Notes under the pieces: generated by a model
Told to the model about the DNA's origin: nothing
Databases searched by the model: none
The model's input: the letters and a program-made list of their open reading frames with translations, nothing else
Position numbers and translations under genes: made by a program
NCBI GenBank assembly: GCA_030765235.1
Contig: JAVCCW010000029.1
Span: 219,499 to 283,498, forward strand
Direction: 5' to 3'
DNA from: Candidatus Gorgyraea atricola
GTDB lineage: Bacteria; Omnitrophota; Gorgyraeia; Gorgyraeales; Gorgyraeaceae
DNA length: 64,000 nucleotides
Shown here: one piece after another, positions 28,248 through 38,939 of the stretch
Position numbering within the stretch: the first letter of the stretch is position 1
Layout: each line of letters begins with the position of its first letter

Positions 28248-29639
28248 ATGATGGACTTTAAGATAAACGCGATAATAATAGAAAAGAGAAGTTTTATTAT
28301 TTTGACAATTGTAGGATCCCTGTTTTTAAATTTTATACCTCTGCCTGCATTAAGTCCTATTTTAATAGTATTATTTGGCTTATTGCTGGGAATTTTTATT
28401 ATAGCTATATTTGCACATGAGGATTTCAATTTTTTATTCAATCTTTTTGCGATAGGGTTTATTCTGAGGTTATTTTTGTCATTTTTATTCTACATGATGT
28501 CCTTTGTCTTTAAGGGAGATTATAGCCCGGGTTTTCTTTTTGCCAATGACGGATGGTCTTACAGTCGTCAGGGATGGCAGATCTGCAGATTTGCGGAAAG
28601 AGGGATCAGGGTAACGATGGATCAGTTTATGACCGATCCCAACATGAAAATAGGGCATGGTACCAGCGGAAATATAGTGCCCTATGATTATTTTACGAGC
28701 CATGTTTATTTATTTACAGGCCATAGTCCGCTCTCCATGTTTTTTATAAGCAGTCTGGCGGGTTCGATAGTCGCTTTATTTGTTTATCTCCTGGCAAGGC
28801 ATCTGTTCGGCAAAAATGTCGCCAGGATAAGCTCTATCTTCGCGTTTTTCTGGCCTTCATTTATAATGTGGTCTACTCAAAATCTCAAGGAGCCTGTAAT
28901 AGCCATGTTCCTCTGCATTTTTCTATGGGCAATTTTTTATATGCGCAGGTATTACTGCCCGGGTTTTTTGTTACTCGCTGTTTTATCTGTATGGATTTTG
29001 TTTAAAATAGGGTTACCCTATCTTGTCGTAGCCCTTGGTATGGTTTTTTTAACATTTTTATTTTTGGCGATATGGCATCTAATTAAAAATAAGTTTATTA
29101 CCACATTAATAATAGGCTTATCTATCTTTGCTGTTTTCTTTGTTCTTAGAAATGATATTCTCTCATGGGTGTCTAAAATAAACTTTTACAGCATAGGAGG
29201 CTATGACTCAATATTTGATTTCTTTAATTATCACAGGAGCGTTAGGGCGTACGGCAACCTGCAATTTTTTAGAAATGCTGATATTTCGAGTTTTGGAAGG
29301 ATGTTAGTTTTTTCCCCTTTAGGATTACTCTATGTCTTTTTTTCTCCTTTTCCGTGGCAGCTGGGCAATATTATGCAGGTAATGGCAGTGCCTGAAACAA
29401 TAATATTTTATATAATGGTCCCGTTTACGTTAAAAGGCATAGTCTTTGCTTATAAAAAAAGATTCACGCAAAGCGCGGTATTGTTGTTTATTATAATAGG
29501 GATGGTTTCTGTTTTAGCTTTGACAGAGGGTAACAGCGGTACCTTACTCAGGCATCGTTCCATAGTTTTTTACCTACTTTTTATATTTACCGGCATAGGC
29601 CTTTCTTTAAAAAAATGGAAAATAAGACTTTATACATAA
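28248..29639 (+). CDS. Polytopic integral membrane protein (possible Wzy-like polymerase / O-antigen ligase-like)
   Basis: 463 aa with at least 10 hydrophobic helices and a large loop (GWSYSRQGWQICRFAERG...). No soluble domain; the function is guessed from context. Confidence 0.4.
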   Translation: MMDFKINAIIIEKRSFIILTIVGSLFLNFIPLPALSPILIVLFGLLLGIFIIAIFAHEDFNFLFNLFAIGFILRLFLSFLFYMMSFVFKGDYSPGFLFANDGWSYSRQGWQICRFAERGIRVTMDQFMTDPNMKIGHGTSGNIVPYDYFTSHVYLFTGHSPLSMFFISSLAGSIVALFVYLLARHLFGKNVARISSIFAFFWPSFIMWSTQNLKEPVIAMFLCIFLWAIFYMRRYYCPGFLLLAVLSVWILFKIGLPYLVVALGMVFLTFLFLAIWHLIKNKFITTLIIGLSIFAVFFVLRNDILSWVSKINFYSIGGYDSIFDFFNYHRSVRAYGNLQFFRNADISSFGRMLVFSPLGLLYVFFSPFPWQLGNIMQVMAVPETIIFYIMVPFTLKGIVFAYKKRFTQSAVLLFIIIGMVSVLALTEGNSGTLLRHRSIVFYLLFIFTGIGLSLKKWKIRLYT

Positions 29640-30820
29640 GTTATATGGGGTTAACAGAACCTCTTTTGCATTCGCAAGTGCTGAATTATCTTAAGATTTT
29701 AAGACAAAGCGGCATATCTGTTTGTATTCTTTCATATGAAAAGAGGCGTCTTTTCAAGAAGCATAATGTTGAAATAATCAAAGAAGACCTGAATAAGGCA
29801 GGGATCAAGTGGATATCTTTAGGTTATCATAAACGATTTCAGTTTTTAGCAAAACCGTATGACATAATAAGAGGCATGTTCGTGGCTCTTTATATCAGCA
29901 TTGCAGGGCGTGTGGATGTCATACATGCAAGGGGTACATTTTGCGCTTTAATAGGTATTTTGCCATGCCTTATTTTGAAAAAGAAAATGGTATTTGATAT
30001 GCGTGGCCTTATGGCGGAAGAATACGTAGACGCGGGATTGTGGAAGAAAAATTCGATGGCTTACAAAATCGTGGATAGATTAGAGCAGTATTTTATCAGA
30101 AGGGCTGATGAGGTCATCGTACTGACAGGCAATGCCAGGGAGTTGATATTGAGTAAAGGCAGGACAAAGAATATCACTCTTATACCGGCGTGTACAGACT
30201 TAAACAGGTTCAGATTAAAGGATGTCGACAATGGATTTAAATCAGGATATTCGCTGGATAAAAAATTTATATTAATATACACAGGTTCTCTTGGCACGTG
30301 GTATATGCTGTCCGAGATGCTGGATTTTTATAAAGAGCTGTTACGTGTTGACAATAGCTCGGCATTTTTCATCTTATCTCAGACGAGTAAGGCATGGATA
30401 GAGCAGTATATCCCGGATAACATAAAGAAAAACGTGATCGTGGACTCTTCAAGCCCGGAAAATGTGGTGGATTTTTTGAATCTCGCTGATGTCGGAATCT
30501 TTTTTATAAAGAGCTGTTTTTCAAAGAGAGCTTCCTGTCCTACGAAATTCGGGGAATATCTGGCCTGCGGCCTGCCTGTCGTTATCAATAAAGGGATAGG
30601 GGATACTGAGGAAATCGTAAGAAAGAACAGAGTAGGTGTCGTGGTGGAGGATTTCAGTGCGCAGGAATACAGGAAAAAGATAGAAGAGTTGAAAGAGCTG
30701 CTAAAAGAAGGGGATGCCTTAAGAAGACGATGCCGTGACGTTGCTGAGAGACATTTTTCCCTTGCGCAGGGCGGAAAAAAATATGTAGAGGTCTACAAGA
30801 GGTTGAAGGCTAAGGCTTAA
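29615..30820 (+). CDS. Glycosyltransferase (GT4-like, GT-B fold)
   Basis: IYTGSLGTWY...EYLACGLPVVINKGIGDTEEIV C-terminal half. The start could instead be ATG 29645, 6 nt after the upstream stop. Confidence 0.65.
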   Translation: MENKTLYISYMGLTEPLLHSQVLNYLKILRQSGISVCILSYEKRRLFKKHNVEIIKEDLNKAGIKWISLGYHKRFQFLAKPYDIIRGMFVALYISIAGRVDVIHARGTFCALIGILPCLILKKKMVFDMRGLMAEEYVDAGLWKKNSMAYKIVDRLEQYFIRRADEVIVLTGNARELILSKGRTKNITLIPACTDLNRFRLKDVDNGFKSGYSLDKKFILIYTGSLGTWYMLSEMLDFYKELLRVDNSSAFFILSQTSKAWIEQYIPDNIKKNVIVDSSSPENVVDFLNLADVGIFFIKSCFSKRASCPTKFGEYLACGLPVVINKGIGDTEEIVRKNRVGVVVEDFSAQEYRKKIEELKELLKEGDALRRRCRDVAERHFSLAQGGKKYVEVYKRLKAKA

Positions 30821-30834
30821 AAAAAGAAACCACA

Positions 30835-30874
30835 GAGGACACAGAGAAATAATATAATTTTACTCTGTGTTCTC
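30835..30874. terminator. Stem-loop (12-bp stem, one G-U) 15 nt after the stop of the upstream operon; candidate terminator/REP-like element
   Basis: GAGGACACAGAG - 16-nt AT loop - CTCTGTGTTCTC. Not followed by a T-run on the + strand. Confidence 0.35.
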
Positions 30875-30992
30875 CAAAAAATCTTTGAAACATAGCTATT
30901 GACTTATTTTAAAGCTATGGATAAAAAGGCAGGGCTTATGGTTAACTTTAATGTTTTAAGGCTAAAAGAAGGCATAAAAAGACTAATCTTAT

Positions 30993-31034
30993 GAGAGCAC
31001 AGAGTATTTTATTATAAAAAATCTCTGTGTTCTC
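30993..31034. promoter_or_regulatory. Second copy of the same stem-loop, in the 5' leader of the RmlD-like gene
   Basis: GAGAGCACAGAG - 18-nt AT loop - CTCTGTGTTCTC, followed by TGTGGTATCTTTTAAA. 30 nt upstream of start 31068. Confidence 0.35.
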
Positions 31035-31067
31035 TGTGGTATCTTTTAAACTTGAAAAAGGGAGACT

Positions 31068-31946
31068 ATGATGAGGTTAAATGCGTTACTTACCGGAGCA
31101 AATGGGATGCTGGCAGATGCGCTCTGGCCTCTTTTAGAGAAGAATGGATATATGGTGCATCCATGTGACCTTGCAGGCAATGACAAGATCTTTAAGGCGG
31201 ATATCAGGAATTTAAACGAGGTTATGGGTTTTGCCAAGGCAAGGAGGCCTGATATTGTTTTTCATCTGGCAGCTGAGACTGATGTGGATAAGTGCCAGTT
31301 AAATAGACAGCATGCATTTGAAACAAACGCAAAGGGCACTGAAAATATGGCAGCTATTTGCAGGGAACTTGATATCCCACTCGTCTATGTAAGCACAGGA
31401 GCGGTATTTGACGGGGAAAAGACGACAGGATACACAGAGGAAGATACTACTAATCCTGCCAATATATACGGAGAAAGCAAATTAAGAGGAGAAGATGTCG
31501 TGCGTTCAATGCTGACCAAATACTACATTATCAGGGCCAGCTGGATGGTAGGGGGGCAGAATAAGGATAAAAAATTCGTTTGGAAGATAACCCAGCTTTT
31601 AAGGACAAAGAAGGAAATACCCGTTGTTACGGATAAATACGGAAGCCCTACTTTCACTGGAGATTTTGCAGGAGGAATTGTAGATATTGTATCCAGAGGA
31701 GAATATGGTTTATATCATTGCGTCAGTAAGGGCATATGCTCGAGATTCGATATGGCTGAAAAGATAGCGGAGTACTTGGATAAAAAAGATGTGATTTTGA
31801 GGCCTATAACCTCGGATGCATTTCCTTTGCCAGCGCCGAGAGGAAAATCAGAGGCATTGCTTAACGCTAAGCTATCAGCGATGAATATGGACAGGTCACG
31901 GCCATGGCAGGAGGCCTTGAAGGAATATATAGACGAAATCAAATGA
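31068..31946 (+). CDS. dTDP-4-dehydrorhamnose reductase family (RmlD-like NAD(P)-dependent sugar reductase)
   Basis: 292 aa. LLTGANGMLA glycine-rich N-terminus and RmlD-like length. RBS AAAGGGAG upstream. Confidence 0.7.
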   Translation: MMRLNALLTGANGMLADALWPLLEKNGYMVHPCDLAGNDKIFKADIRNLNEVMGFAKARRPDIVFHLAAETDVDKCQLNRQHAFETNAKGTENMAAICRELDIPLVYVSTGAVFDGEKTTGYTEEDTTNPANIYGESKLRGEDVVRSMLTKYYIIRASWMVGGQNKDKKFVWKITQLLRTKKEIPVVTDKYGSPTFTGDFAGGIVDIVSRGEYGLYHCVSKGICSRFDMAEKIAEYLDKKDVILRPITSDAFPLPAPRGKSEALLNAKLSAMNMDRSRPWQEALKEYIDEIK

Positions 31947-33016
31947 AGATATTATTTATTGAACCATATCCAACTGAAGGTCCCAGCAGCCGCTACAGGG
32001 TGGAGCAATACCTGCCTTATTTTAAGAAAGAAGGCATTGAGTGCATTCTCAGGCCGTTTGTTTCCACTGAGTTCTACAGGATACTTTATAAAAAAGGATT
32101 TTATTTGAGAAAGACATTGTTTTTCATGCAGGGTACGCTTAAAAGATTTTTTGATATACTTACCGCAGTAAAATGCGACATTATTTTTATACACCTCGAG
32201 GCGTTTCCGTTCGGCCCTCCTGTATTTGAATGGATCCTGTCAAAGATGGGGAAACGGGTCATATATGATCTTGATGATGCGATCTATATGGGTATCCCCA
32301 GCTCAGCTAATAGATTTTTAAGGCGCTTAAAATGTCCGTCAAAGATCAGTACGATATTAAGGATGAGCAGTTTCGTAATAACATGCAATGACTATCTCGC
32401 GGATTACGCTAAGAAATATAATAAAAATGTAATAACTATTCACACATCCGTAGATACTGAAGAGTTTAAGCCTGGCGCTAAAGAAAAGGGGCGAGATATG
32501 ACGATCGGGTGGATAGGCAGTCATAGTACTGCGCGTTATCTTGAAGGACTGAAGAGGATTTTTTTAAATCTTGGCAGCAAATATAAATTTAATCTGAAGA
32601 TCATAGGCGCGGGAGATCACGATGTAAAAATAGACGGAGTAAACGTAATGAATATAGAATGGAATTTAAAAGACGACATAAAACAATTCCAGTCCCTGGA
32701 TATAGGCGTATATCCTTTACCTGAAGATGAATGGATACAGGGTAAAACAGGTTTTAAGGCGATCCAGTACATGAGCGTGGGCGTTCCCTGTGTTGCGTCT
32801 GATGTAGGCGCAAACAGAAGTATAGTAAAGGATGGAATAAATGGTTATCTGGCAAAGACAGAGGATGAATGGATAGAAAAATTATCAATGTTGGTCGATA
32901 GCCCGGAATTGAGGCAGAGAATAGGATCAGCTGGCAGAATAACAGCAGAAAAAGAGTTTTCAGTAAAGGCAAACGCGCCCAGATATCTTGAAATAATAAA
33001 GAGGATAAGTCCATGA
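31943..33016 (+). CDS. Family 4 glycosyltransferase
   Basis: MKILFIEPYP N-terminus and C-terminal VGVPCVASDVGANRSIV. ATGA overlap at 31943-31946. Confidence 0.8.
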   Translation: MKILFIEPYPTEGPSSRYRVEQYLPYFKKEGIECILRPFVSTEFYRILYKKGFYLRKTLFFMQGTLKRFFDILTAVKCDIIFIHLEAFPFGPPVFEWILSKMGKRVIYDLDDAIYMGIPSSANRFLRRLKCPSKISTILRMSSFVITCNDYLADYAKKYNKNVITIHTSVDTEEFKPGAKEKGRDMTIGWIGSHSTARYLEGLKRIFLNLGSKYKFNLKIIGAGDHDVKIDGVNVMNIEWNLKDDIKQFQSLDIGVYPLPEDEWIQGKTGFKAIQYMSVGVPCVASDVGANRSIVKDGINGYLAKTEDEWIEKLSMLVDSPELRQRIGSAGRITAEKEFSVKANAPRYLEIIKRISP

Positions 33017-35055
33017 GTGCACCGAAGCTCAGCGTTATTATGAGCGCATATAACAGCGAAAGATATCTTGATGAGAGCATAAAGTCTATTCTTGGGCAGA
33101 GTTTTAAAGATTTCGAGTTTCTGATCATAGATGATGGCTCTATAGACAGGACTTCTGAAATATTGAACGATTATCAGAAAACAGACAACAGAATACGCGT
33201 TATAAAAAACAAAGTAAATATCGGCCTTTCGAAATCCCTTAATATTGGCATAAGAGAGGCTCAGGGGGAATATATTGCGCGTCAGGATGCAGACGATACA
33301 TCTATGCCTGATAGATTGAGCAAGCAGATAGAGTTCATGCAAGACAGTGAGGAGATAGCTATTTCCGGAACATTTTATAGGATGATCGACGAAAGAGACA
33401 GGCTTTTGTATAGATTTATAATGCCTGCGGAAGACAGTGAGATAAAAAAGTGGCTGAGAGAAGTTAATTGTTTTTGCCATGGTTCTGTAATGTTCAGGAA
33501 GAAGGACATTAAAGAGGTTGGTTTATATCCCGAGCAGTATGAATGTTCGCAGGATTATGCATTATGGCTGACGATGAGCAAGAATTATAAATTAGCAAAT
33601 ATCCCTGAATTTTTATATACGTTGAGATTGCACGGAAGCGCAAGGAGCGTAAAAGATAAGGCAAAACAATGGGATTGCCTGTTTAGAATAAAAAGAAGTA
33701 AGGGCATTGTCGCAGACACTTGTTCATTCTCAGATAGATTTATTGCAGACGAATTTTTTAGATATAGCAATTTTTTTAACAGGATGGGAATGAAAAAGCT
33801 GGCAGTCGGTCATTTTATAAAAGGGGTATTTTACAGGACTTTTGTTTCGCCAATGGGCGTTAGAAAGAATAAAACTTTAGGCATTTGCATGCTTACAGGG
33901 GTTTTTTATCCTGAGATAAGCGGCGGTGGGCTACAGAGCCGTACTTTGGTAAATGCTTTAAAATATGATAGCAACTTAAGATTTTTTGTTTTGACTACCA
34001 CAAGGGATCCTTTATTGCAGGATAAAAATTCTGATCTATACATAAAAAGGATATATGTAGGAGACATGAGTTTTACAGCCAAATTTATAGCGATCCTACA
34101 ATTCGTTCGCGCATTTTTGAGCATAAGAAATAAAATAGATATTGTCCATCTGCACGGCTTTTCCAATAAGACATTGCTTATGATATTATTGGCAAAGATA
34201 TTCAGAAAAAAGATCGTGCAAAAGATCACTTCTTTAGGGGATGACGACCCTGTTTCAATAGGTAATAGAAGGTTTGGCAGGTTAAAAAGATTCTTTTTTT
34301 CTGCGGCAGATTTTTATATTAGCGTGAATCCGGCAATGTCTCAGGGGCTTTTAGATGCGGATATCTCACAGGATAGGATGGCGACTATTCCCAACGGAGT
34401 TGATATTGAAAGATTTTGCCCTTCTAAAAGTCATGACGAGAAGAATGCATTAAGAAAGAGTTTAAAATTGCCGAAAGAGGCGTTTATTATATTATTTGTC
34501 GGATTTTTTTCTAAAGATAAAGGCGTGGATGTTCTTTTCGAGGCATATAAGGATATAATCGCTGATTTTAAGGATAAAGATATAAGGTTATTATTTATTG
34601 GATCGACTGATACCAGCTATTTTGAGATAAAACAGGAAATAATAGAACGCATAAAGAAAGAGATAAGAGTTGGCAAGATGGAGGAAAAGGTCTTATTTGT
34701 AGAGAAGACACTGGATATAGAAAAATATTACAAGGCCTCTGATGTATTCGTATTGCCTTCCTTCAGAGAAGGATTGCCAAATTCCCTTATGGAGGCAATG
34801 GCTTCTGGATTGCCATGTGTTTCATCTCGTTTAAGAGTAATAGAGGATTATCTGATTACACACGACTCAGACGGCCTGCTTTTTGAGCCAGGGGATGTTA
34901 ATGGATTGTATTTAGCATTAACTCGGCTGTTAGGGGAACCAGGTCTAGCCAAAGAAATGGGCATTAAAGCCAGAAAAAGGACCATAGATTATTTTTCTAT
35001 AGAACGATTGGCTAAAAAATATAGAGATGCTTATCTGTTCCTGGTGCAGGAATGA
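33013..35055 (+). CDS. Bifunctional glycosyltransferase: N-terminal GT2 domain + C-terminal GT4 domain
   Basis: N-terminus LSVIMSAYNSERYLDESIKSILGQ...LIIDDGS...ARQDADD (GT2). C-terminus VLPSFREGLPNSLMEAMASGLPCVSS (GT4). Confidence 0.8.
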   Translation: MSAPKLSVIMSAYNSERYLDESIKSILGQSFKDFEFLIIDDGSIDRTSEILNDYQKTDNRIRVIKNKVNIGLSKSLNIGIREAQGEYIARQDADDTSMPDRLSKQIEFMQDSEEIAISGTFYRMIDERDRLLYRFIMPAEDSEIKKWLREVNCFCHGSVMFRKKDIKEVGLYPEQYECSQDYALWLTMSKNYKLANIPEFLYTLRLHGSARSVKDKAKQWDCLFRIKRSKGIVADTCSFSDRFIADEFFRYSNFFNRMGMKKLAVGHFIKGVFYRTFVSPMGVRKNKTLGICMLTGVFYPEISGGGLQSRTLVNALKYDSNLRFFVLTTTRDPLLQDKNSDLYIKRIYVGDMSFTAKFIAILQFVRAFLSIRNKIDIVHLHGFSNKTLLMILLAKIFRKKIVQKITSLGDDDPVSIGNRRFGRLKRFFFSAADFYISVNPAMSQGLLDADISQDRMATIPNGVDIERFCPSKSHDEKNALRKSLKLPKEAFIILFVGFFSKDKGVDVLFEAYKDIIADFKDKDIRLLFIGSTDTSYFEIKQEIIERIKKEIRVGKMEEKVLFVEKTLDIEKYYKASDVFVLPSFREGLPNSLMEAMASGLPCVSSRLRVIEDYLITHDSDGLLFEPGDVNGLYLALTRLLGEPGLAKEMGIKARKRTIDYFSIERLAKKYRDAYLFLVQE

Positions 35056-35813
35056 GAGTTCTGAACCCAAAAATTGAATCTATATCGCGCCATACTTTTA
35101 TTAACAATCTAGATAAAGGGTCTGTTGTCGTGGATCTGGGCGCAAGCAGGGGAAATTTTTCAAAAGAGATAGCAGAAAAATACTGTTATTCAATGCTTGT
35201 TTTGGTTGAAGGAAATCCGGAATTAAGCGTAGGACTAAAAGCCTTTTTCAAAGACAATGATGCGATAAAGGTGGTGAACGCAGTTATTGGAGGTGAAACA
35301 AGGGATAGTATCAAATTCTATTTAAGCGAATCACCAAGCTCAAGTTCATTATTCAGGCCATTTAGCGAATTAAACAAGGTTAAGAGCGAAATAAATGCAA
35401 AGATGCTTACACTGAATGACATATTTTCTATATGTGGTATTAGAAAAATAGATCTATTGAAGATGGATATAGAGGGCGCGGAATGGGATGTGCTCGAGAG
35501 ATTTTCAGAAGAAGATTTTAATAAGATAGAACAGATATCAGTAGAGTTTCATGATTTTATAGAACCTGGATTGAAGGCAAGAACCAAACATTGTATTAAA
35601 AAAAATAAAAAACTAGGTTATTGTTTTGTTAATATGGGGGTTAACTACAGAGATGGAATAACATATAAGGACTGTCTGTTCTATAAGAAGAAACACAGAA
35701 ACACAGTTTTTATATATAGATTAAAATGCATGGCAGGAGGTTTGGTGCGGATTTTTTTAAAAATACCAAAAAAGATATTAGGTGTAATGAACTTCAAAAG
35801 ACATAAAGGATAA
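35052..35813 (+). CDS. FkbM-family methyltransferase
   Basis: VVDLGASRGNFS and the hallmark LKMDIEGAEWDVLE. Confidence 0.8.
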   Translation: MRVLNPKIESISRHTFINNLDKGSVVVDLGASRGNFSKEIAEKYCYSMLVLVEGNPELSVGLKAFFKDNDAIKVVNAVIGGETRDSIKFYLSESPSSSSLFRPFSELNKVKSEINAKMLTLNDIFSICGIRKIDLLKMDIEGAEWDVLERFSEEDFNKIEQISVEFHDFIEPGLKARTKHCIKKNKKLGYCFVNMGVNYRDGITYKDCLFYKKKHRNTVFIYRLKCMAGGLVRIFLKIPKKILGVMNFKRHKG

Positions 35814-35821
35814 CATCAAAA

Positions 35822-37114
35822 ATGAGATTTATAACTACTGTATACGGGGTTTATTATCTTCCGTTTGTTTGTGTTCTTCTTCAGAGCATAGAACAATATC
35901 ATCCTTTTGAAAAAGTATCTATATTTTATGACGATCTGCCGGACCATGAGGCCTTGATTTTAAGGGACAGGTTTCCGGTCTATGAGTTTATTCAAAACCC
36001 GAAGACCATAGAGGAGGATCATATCCTTCAGAAGATACCTCTGCGGCTTCGCCATTGGTTTAAGGCGTGCGAGTTGTATCCTGAGGAATCTCTTTTTTTT
36101 CTTGATTGCGATGCAGCGCTTTGTAAGAACATGGCTAATTTCATAAATGACAGCTATGATGTCATGTATACATGGAAACCGGAACAAACTCCGCTTAACG
36201 CAGGAATGGTAGCCATTAATAATAATAAATCAGGCCGCGTTTTTATGAAGAATTGGCTGGCCCTTACGGAAGAGATTGTCCACGATGAAGAAAAACTTCG
36301 ATTTGCACATAAGATGAACGGCGGCGGGAGTCAGCATACTATGGCAATATTGCTTGATTCATCAGATTACGACGCTTCTTTTGAGAGGACTATAGACGGA
36401 GAAACAGTCAGATTTAAGGGGATGGCTTGTAAATATCTGAACGAAACTAATAGCTGCCCTATTACCGCAGATACGCATGTGATCCATTATAAAACAGGAT
36501 GGCATCCTATTATCTTAGAAGGGAAGCCGTTTACAAAGAACAGGCCGAAAGATCTGGGTAAAGAGATGTGGGACTATTGGCATAAGTTATACCGGGAATT
36601 TTCTTTGACCTCAATAGAATCATTTATTGCCGCGTCTCTTAAAAGGCACGGAGGTAGATTCGAAAACGGTTTATATGACGCAGTATATGGGGTATTAGAG
36701 GATTTTCAGGCAGACATGCTTATATATGCCGGAGAAATTAAAAAAGAGCATAAGGAATATTTGGCGCAATGCCTTGAAAGTAAAACAAGAAAAGTGGAGT
36801 TCACCAAAAGCAATGCCGGCAGTATCAGAGGTATTTTGAAAAGATATAAGCCAAAAAGGGCTATTATATTTTTTGGAGGCGTAAAAAAAGAAAAGGCAGT
36901 AAGGTTGTTCAAGGATATCATAGTTGATTTTCAGGAGATCATAGCAGGTTTCTTTTGCGCGTCTGATGCTGAAAGATTAGAAAATAATTTTGACAGAACT
37001 TTCTTTGTAAAAGGCTCCGGAAATCTGGCTGTTGTCTTGCCTGCATATAAGGAACGAAGACCGGGCAGGATAAAGAGTTTTTTTAATAACCTTAAAATAA
37101 TAAGGAAACGTTAA
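35822..37114 (+). CDS. Hypothetical protein, possible GT-A-like nucleotide-sugar transferase (DxD)
   Basis: 430 aa. The FFLDCDAALC segment looks like a DxD motif. No other recognisable signature. Confidence 0.35.
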   Translation: MRFITTVYGVYYLPFVCVLLQSIEQYHPFEKVSIFYDDLPDHEALILRDRFPVYEFIQNPKTIEEDHILQKIPLRLRHWFKACELYPEESLFFLDCDAALCKNMANFINDSYDVMYTWKPEQTPLNAGMVAINNNKSGRVFMKNWLALTEEIVHDEEKLRFAHKMNGGGSQHTMAILLDSSDYDASFERTIDGETVRFKGMACKYLNETNSCPITADTHVIHYKTGWHPIILEGKPFTKNRPKDLGKEMWDYWHKLYREFSLTSIESFIAASLKRHGGRFENGLYDAVYGVLEDFQADMLIYAGEIKKEHKEYLAQCLESKTRKVEFTKSNAGSIRGILKRYKPKRAIIFFGGVKKEKAVRLFKDIIVDFQEIIAGFFCASDAERLENNFDRTFFVKGSGNLAVVLPAYKERRPGRIKSFFNNLKIIRKR

Positions 37115-37115
37115 A

Positions 37116-38939
37116 ATGTGCGGCATCTTTGGTTTTACAGGCCCTTCTTCAGTCCGCGATCTGGCTAAATATGCCTTGACGCAAAGGCATAGAGGGCCGG
37201 ACGCGTTCGGAGAATATCTTAATGAGAGGCTCGGAGTCTATCTGGCGCATAATAGATTGGCCATCATAGATCTTTCTGAAAAAGGAAAACAGCCTATGTC
37301 AAACGAAAACGGTTCTATATGGCTGACTTTTAACGGCGAGATCTATAACTTTGAGGAACTTAGAAAGGATCTGATCGGCTATGGGCATAGGTTCAAGTCC
37401 AGGACTGATTCTGAAGTCATACTTCACGCATACGAGCAGTGGGGAACAGAATGCCTGAAGCGCCTGAATGGCATGTTTGCTTTCGCTATCTGGGATGAAA
37501 ACAGACAGAATTTTTTCATTGCCCGAGATAGGCTTGGAATAAAGCCTCTTTATTACCTGCATCAGGCTGGCAATTTTGTTTTTGCTTCCGAACCCAAGGC
37601 CATAATAGAGCTCCCTTTTTATAAAAAAGACATATCTTACCCGGCGCTTTTTTCCTATCTTATATACCGTTATATACCGGGCGAATGCTCAATATGGAAA
37701 AATATCTTAAGACTGGAACCAGGGCATTATCTGATATATGATAAGGCTGGTAATCTGCTGACCAAGAGACGTTATTGGCAAATACCGTTGGAACAGAAAC
37801 GCTGGAAGGAAGATGATGCTGTAGAATGCCTGGACTCCCTTATAAAATCTTCTGTATCTTATAATTTGATAAGTGATGTGCCTATAGGGATATTGCTGAG
37901 CGGCGGGATTGATTCTACGGCAATAACCTCATATGCCTCCTCCTTAGCACCGCATATAAATACATTCAGCATTGGTTTTCATGATTTTCAAAGATCCGAA
38001 TTGAAAGACGCGGCTGTCGTAGCCAGGCATTTTAAAACAACCCATAGCGAAGACAGGGTAAGCCCTGGGAACATACAGCGATTAAAGGATATTTTTAATT
38101 ACTTTGATGAGCCGCTTGGGGACAGTTCCATCATCCCTACTTTCCTCGTCAGTAAGATCGCTAAAAAACATACAACAGTAGTCTTGTCCGGCGATGGCGG
38201 AGATGAGCTTTTCGGCGGCTATAAATGGTATGAGAGGCATAGAAGATTAATGCAATGGAAGCCGCTTGCCTGTCTTTTCCATCCCGTGTTGAAACTATTA
38301 AAGGGAAGGGGCAGTATACTAGGCCATACAAGAGATGCATTTGGGCTATATCGCCAGATGACATCGCCCAGGTTTACTGTCAGGGAATTAAAAAGGCTCT
38401 TTCCTGCAGTAAAAAACGAAGACTTCCCTGAATCAGAAAATTATATTTACCGCAGACACTACAAAAAGGACCTTCCTGTGTATAAACGCTGGCAATATAT
38501 AGACGCTATGACCTTTTTGGCAGACGATATACTGACAAAGGTCGACCGGGCTTCTATGGCCAATTCTCTGGAAGTAAGGCCGCCCCTTCTGGATTATCGT
38601 ATTGTTGAGTTTGCGTTTTCGTTGCAGGATGACCTATGCATAAGAGACAAGGCAAGCAAATACATACTGAAAAAACTCATAAAGGACAAAGTCCCAAAAG
38701 ATATTTTAAATAAACCAAAGCAGGGATTTAGCTGTCCGATACATCAATACTGGTCGGTAGACGATATGCTGGAAGGTATAAATAAAGGACGTTTATTGAG
38801 CTCTGGAACTATTGATAAGGCAGCGTGGGCAAAAATCCAGTCAGGGGATGTTAGGCATGATCACCTTGACGCAAAGATCTGGCAGATCGCTGTATTGGAA
38901 GAGTGGTTTTCCAGGTGGTATTGCCAGGATAAAAAATAA
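37116..38939 (+). CDS. Asparagine synthetase (glutamine-hydrolysing) family amidotransferase, WbpS-like
   Basis: MCGIFGF N-terminal nucleophile Cys2, and SGGIDS PP-loop at LLSGGIDST. Confidence 0.85.
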   Translation: MCGIFGFTGPSSVRDLAKYALTQRHRGPDAFGEYLNERLGVYLAHNRLAIIDLSEKGKQPMSNENGSIWLTFNGEIYNFEELRKDLIGYGHRFKSRTDSEVILHAYEQWGTECLKRLNGMFAFAIWDENRQNFFIARDRLGIKPLYYLHQAGNFVFASEPKAIIELPFYKKDISYPALFSYLIYRYIPGECSIWKNILRLEPGHYLIYDKAGNLLTKRRYWQIPLEQKRWKEDDAVECLDSLIKSSVSYNLISDVPIGILLSGGIDSTAITSYASSLAPHINTFSIGFHDFQRSELKDAAVVARHFKTTHSEDRVSPGNIQRLKDIFNYFDEPLGDSSIIPTFLVSKIAKKHTTVVLSGDGGDELFGGYKWYERHRRLMQWKPLACLFHPVLKLLKGRGSILGHTRDAFGLYRQMTSPRFTVRELKRLFPAVKNEDFPESENYIYRRHYKKDLPVYKRWQYIDAMTFLADDILTKVDRASMANSLEVRPPLLDYRIVEFAFSLQDDLCIRDKASKYILKKLIKDKVPKDILNKPKQGFSCPIHQYWSVDDMLEGINKGRLLSSGTIDKAAWAKIQSGDVRHDHLDAKIWQIAVLEEWFSRWYCQDKK

